From the NCBI GenBank assembly GCA_003209225.1, contig QCRZ01000002.1, positions 4,864-68,863 on the forward strand: a stretch of DNA of 64,000 nucleotides, given 5' to 3'. How positions within the stretch are numbered: the stretch's first letter is position 1; the number at the start of each line of letters is the position of its first letter. The notes under the pieces were generated by a model. That model saw nothing but the letters and a program-made list of their open reading frames with translations. It searched no databases and was not told the origin of the DNA. The position numbers were made by a program, and so were the translations under genes. Positions 1-9,729 of this stretch are shown one piece after another. The stretch is from Pelagibacteraceae bacterium AG-464-B04. Lineage in GTDB: Bacteria; Pseudomonadota; Alphaproteobacteria; Pelagibacterales; Pelagibacteraceae.

Positions 1-1047
1 ATCTCCATAAACGTATGTATATTTTTGATTAAAAGTAATGTGAGCTGATCCACTTGGTATTTCGCTAGATGCTTTTAGCAATATTTTAATATTTCCACTG
101 CTACAGTTTGTGTCTACAATTTTATGTCTACCAGTATTACTAACTCTATTAATTTTTACAGGAATTCCATCTTTTGAAAAATTAATAAACTCAGGTCTAA
201 TGCCTATTTGTGTTTTATTAAAACTTGTTTTTTTAATGCTTATGTTGCTTGAAAGTGTTTTACCTTCAAAATTAATTTCACCATTTTTAATCCTGCAAGG
301 AAGTATGTTCATTCCAGGAGAGCCAATGAAATGACCTACGAAAGTATGTTTTGGTTTTTCAAAAAGTTCAACTGGAGTTCCAGTCTGAACAATTTGACCT
401 TCGTGCATCACAACAACTTGGTCTGCAAAAGTTAGAGCTTCTGTTTGATCGTGAGTTACATAAATCATAGTACGATTAATTTTTTGATGAAGCTCTTTCA
501 GCTTAGATCTTAAAACCCATTTTAAGTGTGGATCAATCACCGTCAAAGGTTCGTCAAACATAATTACATTTACATCTGACCTAACTAATCCCCTTCCTAG
601 TGAAATTTTTTGTTTACCATCTGCTGTTAATCCAGAAGCCCTGTTATTAAGTGTTGAAGTGAGTTCTAGCATTTCTGCTATTTCTTTTACTTTAGTAACT
701 ATGTCTATTTCTGAAAGACCTCTGTTTTTTAATGGAAAAGCTAAGTTATCATACACAGTCATCGTGTCATAGATGACTGGAAATTGAAATATTTGCGCAA
801 TATCTCTTTCAACAGGGTTTAGCTTTGTCACATCTTTATCATTGAATAAGATGTCGCCACTTGTTGGTTTTAATAATCCTGAAATAATGTTTAAGAGAGT
901 AGTTTTACCACATCCCGATGGTCCTAACAAAGCATATGCCCCACCATCTTTCCAATCTATATTAACACCTCTTAATGCCCAATCAGCATTGTTATATTGT
1001 TTGGCTAAATAGCTATGACTTAAATCTTTTAAAGTAATTTTAGCCAT
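1..1047 (-). CDS. ABC transporter ATP-binding protein, MalK/UgpC-like (second ATPase of the importer); C-terminus runs off the window
   Basis: Not in the ORF track because it is open at the window edge. My own minus-strand translation from the ATG at 1047 reads MAKITLKDLSHSY...LLGPSGCGKTT (Walker A), VIMFDEP (Walker B), YVTHDQTEA (H-loop). The signature position reads LTADGKQK instead of LSGGQ. The ATG overlaps the stop of the upstream ATPase (ATGGCTAA, 8 nt). Confidence 0.85.
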   Translation of the reverse strand, partial: MAKITLKDLSHSYLAKQYNNADWALRGVNIDWKDGGAYALLGPSGCGKTTLLNIISGLLKPTSGDILFNDKDVTKLNPVERDIAQIFQFPVIYDTMTVYDNLAFPLKNRGLSEIDIVTKVKEIAEMLELTSTLNNRASGLTADGKQKISLGRGLVRSDVNVIMFDEPLTVIDPHLKWVLRSKLKELHQKINRTMIYVTHDQTEALTFADQVVVMHEGQIVQTGTPVELFEKPKHTFVGHFIGSPGMNILPCRIKNGEINFEGKTLSSNISIKKTSFNKTQIGIRPEFINFSKDGIPVKINRVSNTGRHKIVDTNCSSGNIKILLKASSEIPSGSAHITFNQKYTYVYGD

Positions 1048-2104
1048 TATTTACCAGTCTATTGTTTTGATCAAAATATAAAAACTCATCTACATTCATG
1101 AATAACTTTGTTTCATCGCCAATATTCTTTTGTTGAATGCCATTAGATAAAGAAACCCAATTCAAATTTCCATTGGTAAAATGTATTAAACTTTCTGAAC
1201 CACTTAATTCAGAGATTAATACTTTTCCATTAATTTCAATTGAGTTGTTGCCTTCTTTATATGTGGTAATATTATGAGGTCTTATTCCTATTTTGTATGT
1301 TCCGTCTTTTATTTTTATAGATGACTTCCACTGCACATTATTGTCGATTAGTTTACATATATCTCCATTTTTTTTAATTTCAGCTATATTCATTGGTGGG
1401 TCACTAAATACCTTTGCTGAGACTAAATTTTCAGGTTTGCTATATACATCTAAAGTTTTACCATACTGAATAACCTTGCCTTTTAGTAGCGTGGCTGTAT
1501 TTCCACCGATCATTAATGCATCTGATGGTTCTGTAGTAGCATATACAACAATACAATCTCTATTTTCAAATAATTTTGGCAGTTCTTCTCTTAACTCCTC
1601 TCTAAGTTTAAAATCTAAGTTTGCTAAAGGTTCATCTAATAAAATTAAATCTGAATCTTTTACTAAAGCTCTAGCTAAAGCTGTTCTTTGTTGTTGACCA
1701 CCTGATAATTCATCTGGTTTTTTATTTAGCATCGCAGATAATTTTAAAAGTTCTGCTACTTTTCCTACTCTTTGTTTAACTTCGGCTGAACTAACACCTG
1801 TAATTTTTAGTGGAGAGGCAATATTTTCAAATACAGTAAAATTTGGATAATTAATAAATTGTTGATAAACCATTGAGCAGTTTCTTTTTTGAACTTTCAT
1901 ATTTGTAACATTCTGACCATTAAACCATATCTCGCCAGAAGTTGGTTTGTCCAAACCAGCCATTATTTGCATCAAAGTAGTTTTACCAGCTAGCGTTGAT
2001 CCCAATAAAACATTAATAGTATTTTTTTCTAATTTAAGACTTGTTGGATAAATATGAGTATCTAATCCTGCTTTTTTTTCTACGTTTTTTAATTCTAGAC
2101 TCAT
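1040..2104 (-). CDS. ABC transporter ATP-binding protein, MalK/UgpC-like (first ATPase of a sugar/glycerol-type importer)
   Basis: 354 aa. Walker A GSTLAGKTT, canonical signature LSGGQQQRTALARAL, Walker B LILLDEP, plus a C-terminal MalK-type regulatory/OB region. The two-ATPase arrangement resembles the rhizobial glycerol ABC system (GlpS/GlpT) as I remember it. Confidence 0.85.
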   Translation of the reverse strand: MSLELKNVEKKAGLDTHIYPTSLKLEKNTINVLLGSTLAGKTTLMQIMAGLDKPTSGEIWFNGQNVTNMKVQKRNCSMVYQQFINYPNFTVFENIASPLKITGVSSAEVKQRVGKVAELLKLSAMLNKKPDELSGGQQQRTALARALVKDSDLILLDEPLANLDFKLREELREELPKLFENRDCIVVYATTEPSDALMIGGNTATLLKGKVIQYGKTLDVYSKPENLVSAKVFSDPPMNIAEIKKNGDICKLIDNNVQWKSSIKIKDGTYKIGIRPHNITTYKEGNNSIEINGKVLISELSGSESLIHFTNGNLNWVSLSNGIQQKNIGDETKLFMNVDEFLYFDQNNRLVNNG

Positions 2105-2121
2105 TGTTTAAAATTTATTTT

Positions 2122-2152
2122 AAAAAAAGGGGGCAACTAGGCTAGTGCCCCC
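2122..2152 (-). terminator. Intra-operon rho-independent terminator/attenuator between the binding-protein gene and the ATPase genes
   Basis: The minus-strand RNA reads GGGGGCA-CUAGCCUAGU-UGCCCCC followed by U7. It is a 7-bp GC-rich stem in an otherwise AT-rich spacer. Confidence 0.7.
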
Positions 2153-2175
2153 TTTTCAATTTAGATTAACCTAAA

Positions 2176-3891
2176 TTAATTCCAAGCTTTTGCGAATGGA
2201 ACCGTTTTGCCTTTAGGTTTTTCATCACGCTTAGCTTTAGGTGAACCTTTTTTATTTAACCAATAAGAAGCTTCTCTTGGTTTATTAAGTCTAGGTCCAC
2301 ATCCACCGTATGCATTACTACCTTTGTCAGCAGCTTCCATACGAGACATAACTAAGTCCATCTCTTCTGCAAGACGATCCATAGCTTGTTGTGGAGTAAA
2401 CGCACCTGAGTTTACATCTCCAATTTGTTGCCACCAGATTTGTGCAAGTTTCGGATAATCCGGAACGTTAATACCTGTTGGTGACCATATATTTCGGTTG
2501 TCTGATCTGTAGAATTCTACAAGCCCACCTAAATCACCCGATCTCTCAGTAAATGATTTATGATCGATTGAACTATCTCTAATGATAGTTAACCCAACGT
2601 GACTTTTCTTAAGATCTACAGTTTTTGATACTACGAATTGAGCGTACAACCATGCAGCTTTTCTTCTGTCAACTGGTGTAGACTTAAATAAAGTCCATGA
2701 ACCAGCATCTTGATATCCAAGTTTCATGCCTTCTTCCCAATAAGGTCCTTTTGGTGATGGACCCATTCTCCATAACGGTTTACCGTTAGCATCAACTACT
2801 TTATTGTTAGGATCTTTTCCAACTAAAGAAGCAGTAAACGCTGTGTACCAGAAAATTTGCTGAGCAACGTTTCCAGAAGATAGTGAAGGTAAAGACTGAT
2901 AGAAGTCCATAGCTGCAGCGCCCGGAGGTGCATAAGCTCTTAGCCACTCATCCCATTTTCTAATTGCGTATACAGCAGCAGGACCGTTAGCAGCTCCACC
3001 TCTTGTTACAGAAGCTCCAACTGGGTTACAAGAACCTTTTTCCATTCTAATTCCCCATTCGTCCACTGGTATTCCATTAGGTTTTCCAACATCACCTGCT
3101 CCGGCCATTGATAACCACGCATCAGTCATTCTCCAACCTAAGTCAGGAGCTCTTTTACCGTAGTCCATGTGACCATAAATTCTAACACCGTCAATATTCT
3201 TCACATCATCTGTAAAGTATTGAGCGATATCTTCATAAGCAGACCAATTTAAAGGAACACCTAAATCATATCCGTATTTAGCTTTAAATCCTTTTTTAAT
3301 TTCAGGTCTGTCAAACCAATCTTTTCTAAACCAATAAAGGTTAGCAAATTGTTGGTCTGGCATTTGATATAAGTCGCCATCGGGTCCTGTAGTAAACTGT
3401 TTACCAATGAAATCATCTAGGTCTAAAGTTGGTAAAGTAACATCTTTACCTTCTCCAGCCATCCATTTCGTTAAGTTAACAGCTTGTTGCATTCTTGCGT
3501 GCGTACCAATCAAATCTGAATCATTGATATACGCATCGTAAATGCTAACGTTAGTTTGCATTTGAGTTTGCACGGCCATTACTACGTCACCTTCTCCAAG
3601 CAATTGATGAGTTACTTTAATTCCAGTAATTTCTTCAAAAGCTTTTGTAAGAACTTCAGACTCATATACGTGAGTAGGAATAGTTTCAGACAATACTTTG
3701 ATAGACATTCCTTTGAACGGCTTCGCAGCATCTTGGAACCATTTTAATTCTTTCATTCTTTCTTTTTCTGAAATTGTTGAAAGATTAAATTCCCCTTTCG
3801 CCCATTTACTTATTGCGTCTGAATAAGCAGATGGCGTTACTAAAGTGAAAGCAACAGCAACAGCTAAAATAGTCTTAAATGTTTTAAACAT
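2176..3891 (-). CDS. Periplasmic solute-binding protein of a carbohydrate/glycerol-type ABC importer (large, 571 aa)
   Basis: Sec signal peptide MFKTFKTILAVAVAFTLVTPSAYS. Family-1-like SBP with an aromatic-rich body. GGGGGA Shine-Dalgarno upstream. It lies between glpK and the two ATPase genes. Confidence 0.75.
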   Translation of the reverse strand: MFKTFKTILAVAVAFTLVTPSAYSDAISKWAKGEFNLSTISEKERMKELKWFQDAAKPFKGMSIKVLSETIPTHVYESEVLTKAFEEITGIKVTHQLLGEGDVVMAVQTQMQTNVSIYDAYINDSDLIGTHARMQQAVNLTKWMAGEGKDVTLPTLDLDDFIGKQFTTGPDGDLYQMPDQQFANLYWFRKDWFDRPEIKKGFKAKYGYDLGVPLNWSAYEDIAQYFTDDVKNIDGVRIYGHMDYGKRAPDLGWRMTDAWLSMAGAGDVGKPNGIPVDEWGIRMEKGSCNPVGASVTRGGAANGPAAVYAIRKWDEWLRAYAPPGAAAMDFYQSLPSLSSGNVAQQIFWYTAFTASLVGKDPNNKVVDANGKPLWRMGPSPKGPYWEEGMKLGYQDAGSWTLFKSTPVDRRKAAWLYAQFVVSKTVDLKKSHVGLTIIRDSSIDHKSFTERSGDLGGLVEFYRSDNRNIWSPTGINVPDYPKLAQIWWQQIGDVNSGAFTPQQAMDRLAEEMDLVMSRMEAADKGSNAYGGCGPRLNKPREASYWLNKKGSPKAKRDEKPKGKTVPFAKAWN

Positions 3892-4041
3892 TATTCCCCC
3901 ATTTTTATTGTTATTGTTATCGCGAATCTTTTATTAAACTAGAAGATTATTTTTATGTCTACCTATAATTGAAAGAAAACTATTTTTAATCTTAAAATTT
4001 GTAATTAAAATGTAAATATTTCAATTATGGATTGTATTATT

Positions 4042-5523
4042 TCACTTAGCCAAAGTTTTTTTTACAGCTAGAGACCAGCCTTGTAATGATTCTAATCTAT
4101 TTCTACTTTTCATTTTTGGAACAAAAGCTTTATCAACTTTCCACTTTTTGGAAATATCTTTCAAAGATTTGTAAACACCAATTTTTAGTCCAGCCATATA
4201 AGCTGCTCCTAGGGCAGTTGTTTCATCAACTTTAGGTCTTAAAACTTTTACATTTACAATGTCCGATAAAAATTGCGAAAACCAGTTATTTTTAACCATT
4301 CCTCCATCTACTTTTACTATTTTAGGTCGTAGCCCATCATTTTTCATTGCTTCGAATAAATCATACGTTTGATAAGCAACTGACTCTACAGTCGCTCTTA
4401 CGATCTCTTTAGGGCCTGTATCCCTAGTCAACCCTGATAAAACTCCTCTTGCATTAACAGCCCAATAGGGCGCTCCAAGGCCAGTAAAAGCAGGAACTAA
4501 ATAAATTCCTTTATTTGATTTTAGTGATCTAATAATTTTTTCAGTATCTGAAGCTTTTCTAATAAATTTAATTTTATCTCTTAACCACTGAACCCCAGCT
4601 CCTGCAATAAAAATAGACCCTTCTAATGCATAAGTTGTTTTGCCATTAACTCTGTAACCAATTGTTGTGAGCAATCTATTCTTTGAATAAATTTTTTTGG
4701 TACCAGTATTTAATAAAACAAAAGCACCAGTTCCATAAGTACTTTTTAATGAGCCAGGCTCAAAACAGCACTGGCCTATACTTGCTGATTGCTGATCTCC
4801 CACCATTCCAGTTATGGGATAAGATGTTCCAGTTATGGAAGGATCTGTGTGACCAAAATCTGCTGAACAATCTTTTACTATGGGCAATATACTTTTTGGA
4901 ATATTTAGCATTTTTAAAATTTGCTCATCCCATTGATTTGTTGAAATATTAAATAGCATAGTTCTGCTTGCATTTGTTGCGTCTGTTGCGTGTTCAACTC
5001 CATTGGTTAATTTCCATAAAAGAAAACTATCCACTGTTCCAAATAATAATCTTTTATTTTTAATTAACTTTTTTGCTTTAGGAACATTATCAATAATCCA
5101 TTTTATTTTTGTCGCTGAAAAGTACGCATCAATAAGAAGGCCAGTTTTATTATAAATTATAGTTTCCTTTTTTTGTTTAATAAGCTTTTTACAATAATCT
5201 GAAGCTCTTCTGTCTTGCCATACAATTGCATTATAGACTGGCCTTCCAGTTATTTTATCCCACAAAATTGTTGTTTCTCTTTGGTTGGTAATTCCTATTG
5301 TAAGAATTTTACCCTTTTTTTTTTTACTTTTTTTAATTACGTCCCTTAAAACCTTTAAAGTTGTTTTCCAAATCTCATTAGGATCATGTTCTACCCATCC
5401 ATCCTTTGGAAAATATTGTGTAAATTCTGTTTGAGATACATAAACAGGTGTTCCTTTTAAATCAAACAAGATTGCTCTACTAGAGGTCGTTCCCTGATCT
5501 ATAGCAACAATAAACTTTTTCAC
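4042..5523 (-). CDS. glpK: Glycerol kinase
   Basis: 493 aa. FGGY kinase motifs AIDQGTTSSRAILFD, GITNQRETTILWD, GDQQSASIGQ, YGTGAFVLLNTG, GAAYMAGL. Confidence 0.95.
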   Translation of the reverse strand: MKKFIVAIDQGTTSSRAILFDLKGTPVYVSQTEFTQYFPKDGWVEHDPNEIWKTTLKVLRDVIKKSKKKKGKILTIGITNQRETTILWDKITGRPVYNAIVWQDRRASDYCKKLIKQKKETIIYNKTGLLIDAYFSATKIKWIIDNVPKAKKLIKNKRLLFGTVDSFLLWKLTNGVEHATDATNASRTMLFNISTNQWDEQILKMLNIPKSILPIVKDCSADFGHTDPSITGTSYPITGMVGDQQSASIGQCCFEPGSLKSTYGTGAFVLLNTGTKKIYSKNRLLTTIGYRVNGKTTYALEGSIFIAGAGVQWLRDKIKFIRKASDTEKIIRSLKSNKGIYLVPAFTGLGAPYWAVNARGVLSGLTRDTGPKEIVRATVESVAYQTYDLFEAMKNDGLRPKIVKVDGGMVKNNWFSQFLSDIVNVKVLRPKVDETTALGAAYMAGLKIGVYKSLKDISKKWKVDKAFVPKMKSRNRLESLQGWSLAVKKTLAK

Positions 5524-5527
5524 TAAT

Positions 5528-7687
5528 TTAATATTCTTCTAATCCTAATAATTTTTTTCGTTTGTTTGCCCAAGTACGAATCAAATTATCAACAGCTAAA
5601 CCAATAAATGCAACGCAGAGTCCAAGGATTAGTCCTTTACCGCCACCTTTATTATCAGATAAAGCTTTTAAAATATATTGTCCCAAATCTTCTGTTCCAA
5701 TGAAAGCTCCTATAATTACCATAAACAATGCAAAAGCAACTGTTTGATTAATTCCAAGCATGATATGGGGAAACGCTAAAGGAAATTCAATCTTAAACAA
5801 TCTTTGTAAACGCGTTACACCCGACATCGAAGCTGCATCGTGTAAAGCTGGTGGAACACTGCGAAGCCCTTCAATGGTATAACGAGTTGCGGGAATAGTC
5901 GCATAAATAATCACAGCAATTAATACAGATGTATCAGTTATGCCAAAAAGCATCATAACAGGAATTAAATAAACAAAGGATGGAAATGTTTGGAGAGTAT
6001 CACAAATCCCTAAAGTAATTTTTGTACTAGTAGTGTTTTGTGCGGCCAAAGAACCAGTGATTATTCCGATTATACCTGATGCAATTACACCACAAGTCGC
6101 CATGTAAGCTGTGACTAAAGCTCTATCCCACCATGGGGTTAGAGCAATAAAAAGTGTAAAGCCACCGACTACAAGCGCTGATCGGATACCACCGATTATA
6201 TAACCGGTACCCATAACCAAAACAAACGTTGCAACAACTGGCATCCTTAGATAAGCAGCTCTCATTGGTTGTAATACGTCTACAATCAGCCATGTATTAA
6301 AAATTTTTAATTGGTAAAAAAAAGTATCCCATATCCAATCAACCCCTGCATTCCAAAAAGGTTCGCCTGATATTCCTTTATTATGTGGAACCTCATACAG
6401 GTAGTTAAAACCTTCTTTAAAAACAAAAGATCCAACTGAGGCAAATATTAGTCCAACTATTACTGCCCCAACAAAAAATAATCCATATTTATGACGCTGG
6501 AAAAAAGTAAGATTGGCAAAATAATCTGTTTGTTTATGAGCCCAAGCTAAAGACATTTTGTCTAAAAGTACTGCAATTAGACTAATGCAAATACCGGCTT
6601 CTAAAGCTAAACCAATTCTAAGTTGATTTAAAGCTAGCAATAGATTCCAACCTAATCCCTTAGCGCCTATAAAGGATGCAATAACTGCCATGGCCAAACA
6701 CTGCATGATAACTTGGTTCACTCCAATTAAAATGTCTCGTCTCGCGGTTGGAATTAATACTCTAAATAAAAGTTGAAATTCGTTACAGCCGCTCATCTTC
6801 CCCGCATGGACGACGTCTGGTGATACTTTTCTAAGCCCCAACAAAGTTAAACGCACCATGGGTGGTGTTGCAAAAATTATTGTTGCTATTGCCCCGGCAT
6901 GATCTCCAACTCCAAAGAGTACCATTATCGGAACTAGATAAGCATAGTGCGGCATGGTCTGCATTACATTGAGTATAGGATTTAATGCTGCTTCAACCCT
7001 CTTGCTTTTATATGACCAAATCCCTAAGGCCAAACCAAGGAGAAAAGAAATTGGTGCAGCAACCAACACAAATGAAAGCGTCTGCATTGAAGGTTTCCAC
7101 TGACCAAATACAGAAATATAAATCATGGTAATACCTGCAAATATTGCAAGGCCTTTTCCATTAAGTTTATAACCCAATATAACTGCTCCAGCGGTAACTA
7201 TAGTCCAAGGAAGTCCAGGTAATTCCGCCCATGGATTTGCATCAATCCAATCCCAGCTTGTAAATGCAACGACAGTCTTAATTCCTCCAATTAAAATTTC
7301 ACGAATAAATTCAATTAAAAAAAGCATGGAAGCTGAAATCACTCTGGTAATTTGCAGAACCAGTGGTCGCGTTTGATACTCTTGAATATCAGCATTCCAA
7401 AACTCTAGTGGCATCCAATCGTTTAATAAAAAAAACAATGAATTGTGTACCCAAACTGGAAGCCATCCAAGAAATGGTGGCAACCTCCAAAGAGTTTCAT
7501 ACCCATAATATCTAACTTCTATACCAAAAAAATTATAAGAACTTAGATTTGGATCTTTTGTAAATTCAGCTACAGACCTTATAAATTTATAACCCTCCGG
7601 AACATCTATTGCAAAACACAAGCCAAAGAAAACAATTAATAAAAAAATCCATTGGAATATTTTTGGGTATTTTTTTAAAATTTCCAT
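5528..7687 (-). CDS. proW: Fused tandem permease of a glycine-betaine/TMAO-type ABC transporter (ProW-ProW fusion; TmoW-like by context)
   Basis: 719 aa with many TM helices. Two binding-protein-dependent permease domains, each with an EAA-type loop (AGKMSGCNEFQLLFRVLIPTA and AASMSGVTRLQRLFKIEFPLA). Confidence 0.85.
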   Translation of the reverse strand: MEILKKYPKIFQWIFLLIVFFGLCFAIDVPEGYKFIRSVAEFTKDPNLSSYNFFGIEVRYYGYETLWRLPPFLGWLPVWVHNSLFFLLNDWMPLEFWNADIQEYQTRPLVLQITRVISASMLFLIEFIREILIGGIKTVVAFTSWDWIDANPWAELPGLPWTIVTAGAVILGYKLNGKGLAIFAGITMIYISVFGQWKPSMQTLSFVLVAAPISFLLGLALGIWSYKSKRVEAALNPILNVMQTMPHYAYLVPIMVLFGVGDHAGAIATIIFATPPMVRLTLLGLRKVSPDVVHAGKMSGCNEFQLLFRVLIPTARRDILIGVNQVIMQCLAMAVIASFIGAKGLGWNLLLALNQLRIGLALEAGICISLIAVLLDKMSLAWAHKQTDYFANLTFFQRHKYGLFFVGAVIVGLIFASVGSFVFKEGFNYLYEVPHNKGISGEPFWNAGVDWIWDTFFYQLKIFNTWLIVDVLQPMRAAYLRMPVVATFVLVMGTGYIIGGIRSALVVGGFTLFIALTPWWDRALVTAYMATCGVIASGIIGIITGSLAAQNTTSTKITLGICDTLQTFPSFVYLIPVMMLFGITDTSVLIAVIIYATIPATRYTIEGLRSVPPALHDAASMSGVTRLQRLFKIEFPLAFPHIMLGINQTVAFALFMVIIGAFIGTEDLGQYILKALSDNKGGGKGLILGLCVAFIGLAVDNLIRTWANKRKKLLGLEEY

Positions 7688-7690
7688 AAA

Positions 7691-8725
7691 CTATGAATTG
7701 TCTTTTCGTCCGCCAAATACAGTGTGAATTATTTTGGAAGGCTTTACGATTCCAATAACTTTTTTATTAGAATCAATAACAGCTACAGGTTTTTCTTGAC
7801 TTAAAATTTTTTCAGCAACAGTTTCTATAATTACATCTTTTGAAACTTTTAAATCACTTAAATTTTTATTATCAATCATTGGTTCCATCACGCTCTCAAT
7901 TTTTAAAACTTTTTCTCTAGGAACTTCTTCTGTAAATTTTCTAACGTATTCTGTGGCTGGACTTAAAACAATGTTGGCTGGAGTATCCAATTGCTCAATG
8001 ATACCGTCCTTCATTATCGCAATCCGATCTGCAAGTCTAAGCGCTTCGTCAAAATCATGCGTAATAAACATAATTGTTTTTTTTAAAACACCTTGCAGTC
8101 TTAAAAATTCATCTTGCATTTCTTTTCTAATTAACGGGTCTAGAGCAGAAAAAGGTTCGTCTAAAAACCAAATATCTGGCTCAACCGCTAAAGATCTGGC
8201 AATTCCTACTCTTTGCTGTTGTCCTCCAGATAATTCTCTTGGAAAATAATTTTCCCTTCCCTCAAGACCTACAAGCTTAACCATATCCATGGCCTTTTTA
8301 ATACTGTCTTGAGTTTTGAGACCTTTAATTTGTAAAGGGAAAGCAATATTTTCTAGAACAGTTTTGTGAGGAAGGAGGGCAAAGCTTTGAAAAACCATTC
8401 CCATTTTATTTCGTCTTAACTCAATGAGCTCTTTATTTTTCAAAGATAATAAATCTTGACCTTCAATAAAAATTTTGCCTGCCGTAGCATCTGTCAATCT
8501 TGATATACATCGAAGTAAAGTTGATTTTCCAGAACCAGATAATCCCATCACAACCAACATTTCTCCTTTTGAAACCTCAAAAGAAGCATTATTAACACCT
8601 ACGATGCAACCAGCCTCTTGGAAAGTTTTGGCATCAACATTTCCACTGACATCTTGAAGCATTTTTTTCGCATTTGCTCCAAAAATCTTATAAACGCCTT
8701 CACATATAATTACTTTATCAGACAT
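7691..8725 (-). CDS. proV: Glycine-betaine/TMAO-type ABC transporter ATP-binding protein with C-terminal CBS-like tail (ProV/TmoV-like)
   Basis: 344 aa. GLSGSGKSTLLR (Walker A), LSGGQQQRVGIARSL, IWFLDEP, ITHD. Confidence 0.9.
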   Translation of the reverse strand: MSDKVIICEGVYKIFGANAKKMLQDVSGNVDAKTFQEAGCIVGVNNASFEVSKGEMLVVMGLSGSGKSTLLRCISRLTDATAGKIFIEGQDLLSLKNKELIELRRNKMGMVFQSFALLPHKTVLENIAFPLQIKGLKTQDSIKKAMDMVKLVGLEGRENYFPRELSGGQQQRVGIARSLAVEPDIWFLDEPFSALDPLIRKEMQDEFLRLQGVLKKTIMFITHDFDEALRLADRIAIMKDGIIEQLDTPANIVLSPATEYVRKFTEEVPREKVLKIESVMEPMIDNKNLSDLKVSKDVIIETVAEKILSQEKPVAVIDSNKKVIGIVKPSKIIHTVFGGRKDNS

Positions 8726-8737
8726 AAATTTTATTCA

Positions 8738-8771
8738 ACAAATTACACTAAAATTAAAAAAAAATCCCCTC
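8738..8771. repeat. Copy A of a 34-nt direct repeat (ACAAATTACACTAAAATTAAAAAAAAATCCCCTC) immediately 5' of proV
   Basis: Matches 9730-9763 at 32 of 34 positions by eye. In gene orientation it contains a -10-like TGTAAT about 20 nt upstream of the ATG. Confidence 0.8.
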
Positions 8772-8791
8772 CCATTTATTTTATAAGCACT

Positions 8792-9325
8792 CTAATAATT
8801 TTTTATAAAATATACTCTAGTATCTATACTAGTTTTAAAAAAACCTTTGGCTTCACCTGAAACTGTAATTGTATCACTCACTCCCTCTATGGCCCTTATC
8901 GTATATCCTGCAAAACATTTATTTAAAGAGCTGTCCCATTTTACAGAATATTTATCAATTTTATTTCCATTATCAAAATACAATTGCGTTGCACTGACGT
9001 TTACAATGTTTGCTCCCATTACTGAACGTTGGGTTACAATTTTAGTATTTTTGCACACCGCTTCATATTCGCTCAGTGATAATTGGTAACCCTCAGTACT
9101 TTCATAGAAATTTAATCTGCCTCTAGGAAGTGAAGTAATGACTTTATTAATCTCTTCAGTCTTCACGTTCTCTGCGATCTTGTCGCTCTCTTTAATCTCT
9201 CCAAAAAAAATGTTCAAAATGATAAATGTAAAAATTATTATTGCTGTTAAACCAACAAGGCCTACTATTTGTTTAATGCCTTCCGGAGCTTCTTTGTATT
9301 TTTTTAAATTATTTTCTAACAACAT
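8792..9325 (-). CDS. Hypothetical membrane-anchored periplasmic protein
   Basis: 177 aa with a single N-terminal TM helix (IVGLVGLTAIIIFTFIILNIFF). I recognise no family. It lies inside the repeat-flanked cassette. Confidence 0.55.
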   Translation of the reverse strand: MLLENNLKKYKEAPEGIKQIVGLVGLTAIIIFTFIILNIFFGEIKESDKIAENVKTEEINKVITSLPRGRLNFYESTEGYQLSLSEYEAVCKNTKIVTQRSVMGANIVNVSATQLYFDNGNKIDKYSVKWDSSLNKCFAGYTIRAIEGVSDTITVSGEAKGFFKTSIDTRVYFIKNY

Positions 9326-9333
9326 TGTTCTAT

Positions 9334-9726
9334 CTAATTCGGCTCAACTAATGCACCATCTTTCCAGGTGCCTTTTTTAACTGTTCCGTCTGCCATGGTA
9401 AAAGTTCCTTGTCCATTCATGAAACCATCACGCCACTCACCCATGTATGTGGCTCCATCTGGAAAAGTCAAAGTTCCTTGTCCATGCCATTTGCTTTCTT
9501 TAAATTCTCCCTTGTATATGTATCCATTTGGCCAAGTCACAATCCCTTGTCCATGCTTTTTACCAACACTCCACTCACCTACGTATGTGGTTTTGTCCGT
9601 ATAAGTCCAAGTCCCGAATCCGTCTTCACAGTTACCATCAGTACATCCAGTTGTACGTGCAAACCCTGTATTGCAAAGGATCAAACCTAAAAATATATAT
9701 AGAAACAGTTTTTTCATATTCGCCAC
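9334..9726 (-). CDS. Secreted MORN-repeat protein
   Basis: 130 aa with a signal peptide (LFLYIFLGLILCNTGFA). It has 3-4 MORN units: YVGEWSVGKKHGQG, YKGEFKESKWHGQG, YMGEWRDGFMNGQG. Confidence 0.7.
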   Translation of the reverse strand: MANMKKLFLYIFLGLILCNTGFARTTGCTDGNCEDGFGTWTYTDKTTYVGEWSVGKKHGQGIVTWPNGYIYKGEFKESKWHGQGTLTFPDGATYMGEWRDGFMNGQGTFTMADGTVKKGTWKDGALVEPN

Positions 9727-9729
9727 TTT

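Noticed and set aside
110-334. The 74-aa plus-strand ORF in the track, and many similar 60-140-aa ORFs on the strand opposite long genes (for example 1476-1697, 3556-3747, 4683-4952, 7953-8249, 10947-11249, 12819-13269, 35064-35492, 37666-38094, 53256-54537).
   Set aside because: Each lies entirely inside a longer ORF on the other strand that has clear family motifs. They have low-complexity or hydrophobic 'shadow' composition and no ribosome-binding site, so I treat them as antisense artefacts of AT-rich coding DNA.
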